A stretch of 63,005 bases of DNA from Nanobdellota archaeon. Its GTDB lineage: Archaea; Nanobdellota; Nanobdellia; Pacearchaeales; GW2011-AR1. Shown here piece by piece: positions 61,790 to 63,005 of the stretch. The stretch's first letter is position 1, and each line of letters opens with the position of its first letter. The notes beneath the pieces were generated by a model. That model was not told the DNA's origin and did no database searches. It saw nothing but the letters and a program-made list of their open reading frames with translations. Position numbers and translations under genes: made by a program. The stretch spans positions 1-63,005 of the forward strand of contig JADFNI010000001.1 in NCBI GenBank assembly GCA_022563455.1, in the 5' to 3' direction.

Positions 61790-61865
61790 CGCTCACGGCA
61801 GGATTTGAACCTGCGACTTCTTCCTTAGGAGGGAAGCACTCTAATCCAGGCTGAGTTACGCGAGC
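61790..61865 (-). tRNA. tRNA-Arg (anticodon CCU)
   Basis: Reverse complement: GCTCGCGTAACTCAGCCTGGATTAGAGTGCTTCCCTCCTAAGGAAGAAGTCGCAGGTTCAAATCCTGCCGTGAGCG. The cloverleaf is complete, with anticodon loop CTCCTAA. Confidence 0.88.
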
Positions 61866-61984
61866 ATGAGGGAAGGAGGATTCTGCTCACATTTACGTCT
61901 TGAGATTTTTATAATTGTTCAAAACCTAAACGATCGCCCCCGTAACGGGTGTTCTCATTCTTTCTCATGAGGGAAGGAGGATTC
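61865..61984. repeat. 19-nt direct repeat (61865-61883 and 61966-61984) of the tRNA-Leu 3' end, the distal copy abutting the tRNA-Arg 5' end
   Basis: CATGAGGGAAGGAGGATTC occurs twice exactly with a 101-nt period. Confidence 0.8.
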
Positions 61985-62050
61985 GAACCCCCGTAGGCAT
62001 AAGCCAACAGATCTTGAGTCTGCCCCGTTTGACCGCTCCGGCATTCCCTC
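61968..62050 (-). tRNA. tRNA-Leu (anticodon CAA), class II
   Basis: Reverse complement: GAGGGAATGCCGGAGCGGTCAAACGGGGCAGACTCAAGATCTGTTGGCTTATGCCTACGGGGGTTCGAATCCTCCTTCCCTCA. It has a long variable arm and discriminator A. Confidence 0.88.
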
Positions 62051-62142
62051 TGGATCTAAATTTAGTGGGAGAGATTGATATAAAAAGGTGTTGCTAACTC
62101 GAGAATATGAATTCTTTTATACACCTTGATATTAAATAACTA

Positions 62143-62625
62143 ATGGAGAAGAAGCGAGTTTTAATGACCTTAGTGTTATACCATGATTCTAAAAACAGTA
62201 GAATTCTTTTGGGTCAACATAAAAGAGGGCCAGGAAAAGGAAAATGGAATGGATTTGGGGGTAAAGTTGAAGATGGTGAGACACTTACTAGATCTGCAAG
62301 ACGCGAACTTTTTGAAGAGGCAAACATAATAGCAGGAGATATGGAGAAAGTCGGAGTTTTAGAATTTGAAGATGTAAATTTTAAAAAAGAAATATGGGAA
62401 GTCCATTTTTTTAGGATCATGAAGATTTATGGAGATCCTCGAGAGAGTGAAGAAATGAGGCCCCGATGGTTTGGGGTAGACTTTATTCCTTATAAGGAAA
62501 TGTGGGACGATGATAAATATTGGATGCCTTTGTTTTTAGAAGGAAAGAATTTTTCTGGAAAGTTTTTATTTGATACAGAAGGTTCTATGATTAGTCATGA
62601 AATTAATATTAATAAAAAGCTTTAA
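62143..62625 (+). CDS. MutT/NUDT1-type Nudix hydrolase
   Basis: GKWNGFGGKVEDGETLTRSARRELFEEANI is a canonical Nudix box (G.5E.7REL.EE). Confidence 0.85.
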   Translation: MEKKRVLMTLVLYHDSKNSRILLGQHKRGPGKGKWNGFGGKVEDGETLTRSARRELFEEANIIAGDMEKVGVLEFEDVNFKKEIWEVHFFRIMKIYGDPRESEEMRPRWFGVDFIPYKEMWDDDKYWMPLFLEGKNFSGKFLFDTEGSMISHEININKKL

Positions 62626-62628
62626 AAA
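62621..62628 (+). promoter_or_regulatory. Putative TATA box (TTTAAAAA) of the 5S rRNA gene
   Basis: Lies ~25-30 nt upstream of the predicted 5S 5' end and overlaps the Nudix stop codon. Confidence 0.4.
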
Positions 62629-62650
62629 CCGATAATCTCTAGGAATATTA

Positions 62651-62762
62651 GACGGCCATAGTGGTTTGGTCACACCTGATCCCATTCCGAACTCAGAAGT
62701 TAAGCAAGCCTCCGTTTCTAGCTGTACTGTACTTTGTACGGGAAACTAGGAAAGCTGTCCAC
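62651..62762 (+). rRNA. rrf: 5S ribosomal RNA (ends +/- 5 nt)
   Basis: GACGGCCATAGTGGTTTGGTCACACCTGATCCCATTCCGAACTCAGAAGTTAAGC... matches the universal 5S core (CCATAG...CAC..GATCCCAT.CCGAACTC.GAAGTTAAGC). The terminal helix is GACGGC/GCTGTC, followed by a T-run. Confidence 0.9.
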
Positions 62763-62830
62763 CTTTTCTTATTCAACTTTGATTTTTATTAGGGTAAGGT
62801 TTTTAAATGGATTTCTATTTTCGCAGTAAT

Positions 62831-63005
62831 ATGAAAATATCGGTTATAGGTACAGGGTATGTAGGACTGGCTACAGCAACAGTATTTGCAGAACTGGGAA
62901 ATGATGTAATTGCTGCTGATATTGATAAGGATAAGATTGAAAAACTGAATAAAGGAATAATGCCTATTTTTGAGCCTGGTCTGAAAGAATTAGTAAAGAG
63001 AAATA
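62831..63005 (+). CDS. UDP-glucose/GDP-mannose 6-dehydrogenase family, N-terminal part (runs off window)
   Basis: [55 protein letters not shown] is the classic Ugd N-terminal Rossmann fold plus the PI.EPGL motif. Confidence 0.85.
   Translation, partial: MKISVIGTGYVGLATATVFAELGNDVIAADIDKDKIEKLNKGIMPIFEPGLKELVKRN

Overview
This is an AT-rich archaeal chromosome segment, roughly one-third G+C by eye. Archaea-specific markers are aIF5A, L40e, S4e, L32e, L19e, the P0/P1 stalk, AglB, SUI1 inside the r-protein cluster, and a BHB-type tRNA intron. The compact gene set suggests a small-genome (DPANN-like) archaeon, but that lineage call is inference only.

Layout:
- 1-9.4 kb: housekeeping genes. These are FKBP, aIF5A-L40e, a site-2 protease, the L1-P0-P1 operon, ApbE, tRNA-Ser, cyclophilin, an AI-2E permease and two orphan ORFs.
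- 9.6-23.6 kb: the canonical archaeal cluster L3-L4-L23-L2-S19-L22-S3-L29-SUI1-S17-L14-L24-S4e-L5-S14-S8-L6-L32e-L19e-L18-S5-L30-L15-SecY.
- 23.7-25.1 kb: a DUF106/YidC-like insertase and a SpoIIM/DUF95-like membrane protein.
- 25.2-58 kb: a large glycosylation and nucleotide-sugar island. It holds AglH, AglB, Gmd, Fcl, GDP-mannose 3,5-epimerase, perosamine-synthase-like and ColD-like enzymes, a GT11 fucosyltransferase, several GT4/GT26/GT-A transferases, six methyltransferases, multi-domain fusions and a Wzx flippase.
- 58.5-63 kb: SecF-SecD, tRNA-Gly (with intron), tRNA-Arg, tRNA-Leu, a MutT-type Nudix, 5S rRNA and the start of Ugd.

Most unusual signals:
- Three paralogous ~85-nt elements readable as 27-28-codon mini-ORFs. 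Each ends in a stop codon that overlaps the start codon of a translation gene (aIF5A, L2, L5). Each carries an SD-containing hairpin.
- Two non-ribosomal orphan ORFs translationally coupled inside the r-protein cluster, one between L3 and L4 and one between L30 and L15.
- A recurrent A-B-A architecture, in which an exact copy of a gene terminus brackets a 27-84 nt hairpin-containing insert. It occurs at aIF5A, SecY, the DUF95 gene, tRNA-Ser (both ends), tRNA-Gly and tRNA-Leu.

No CRISPR array, transposase, integrase or recognisable defence system was seen.
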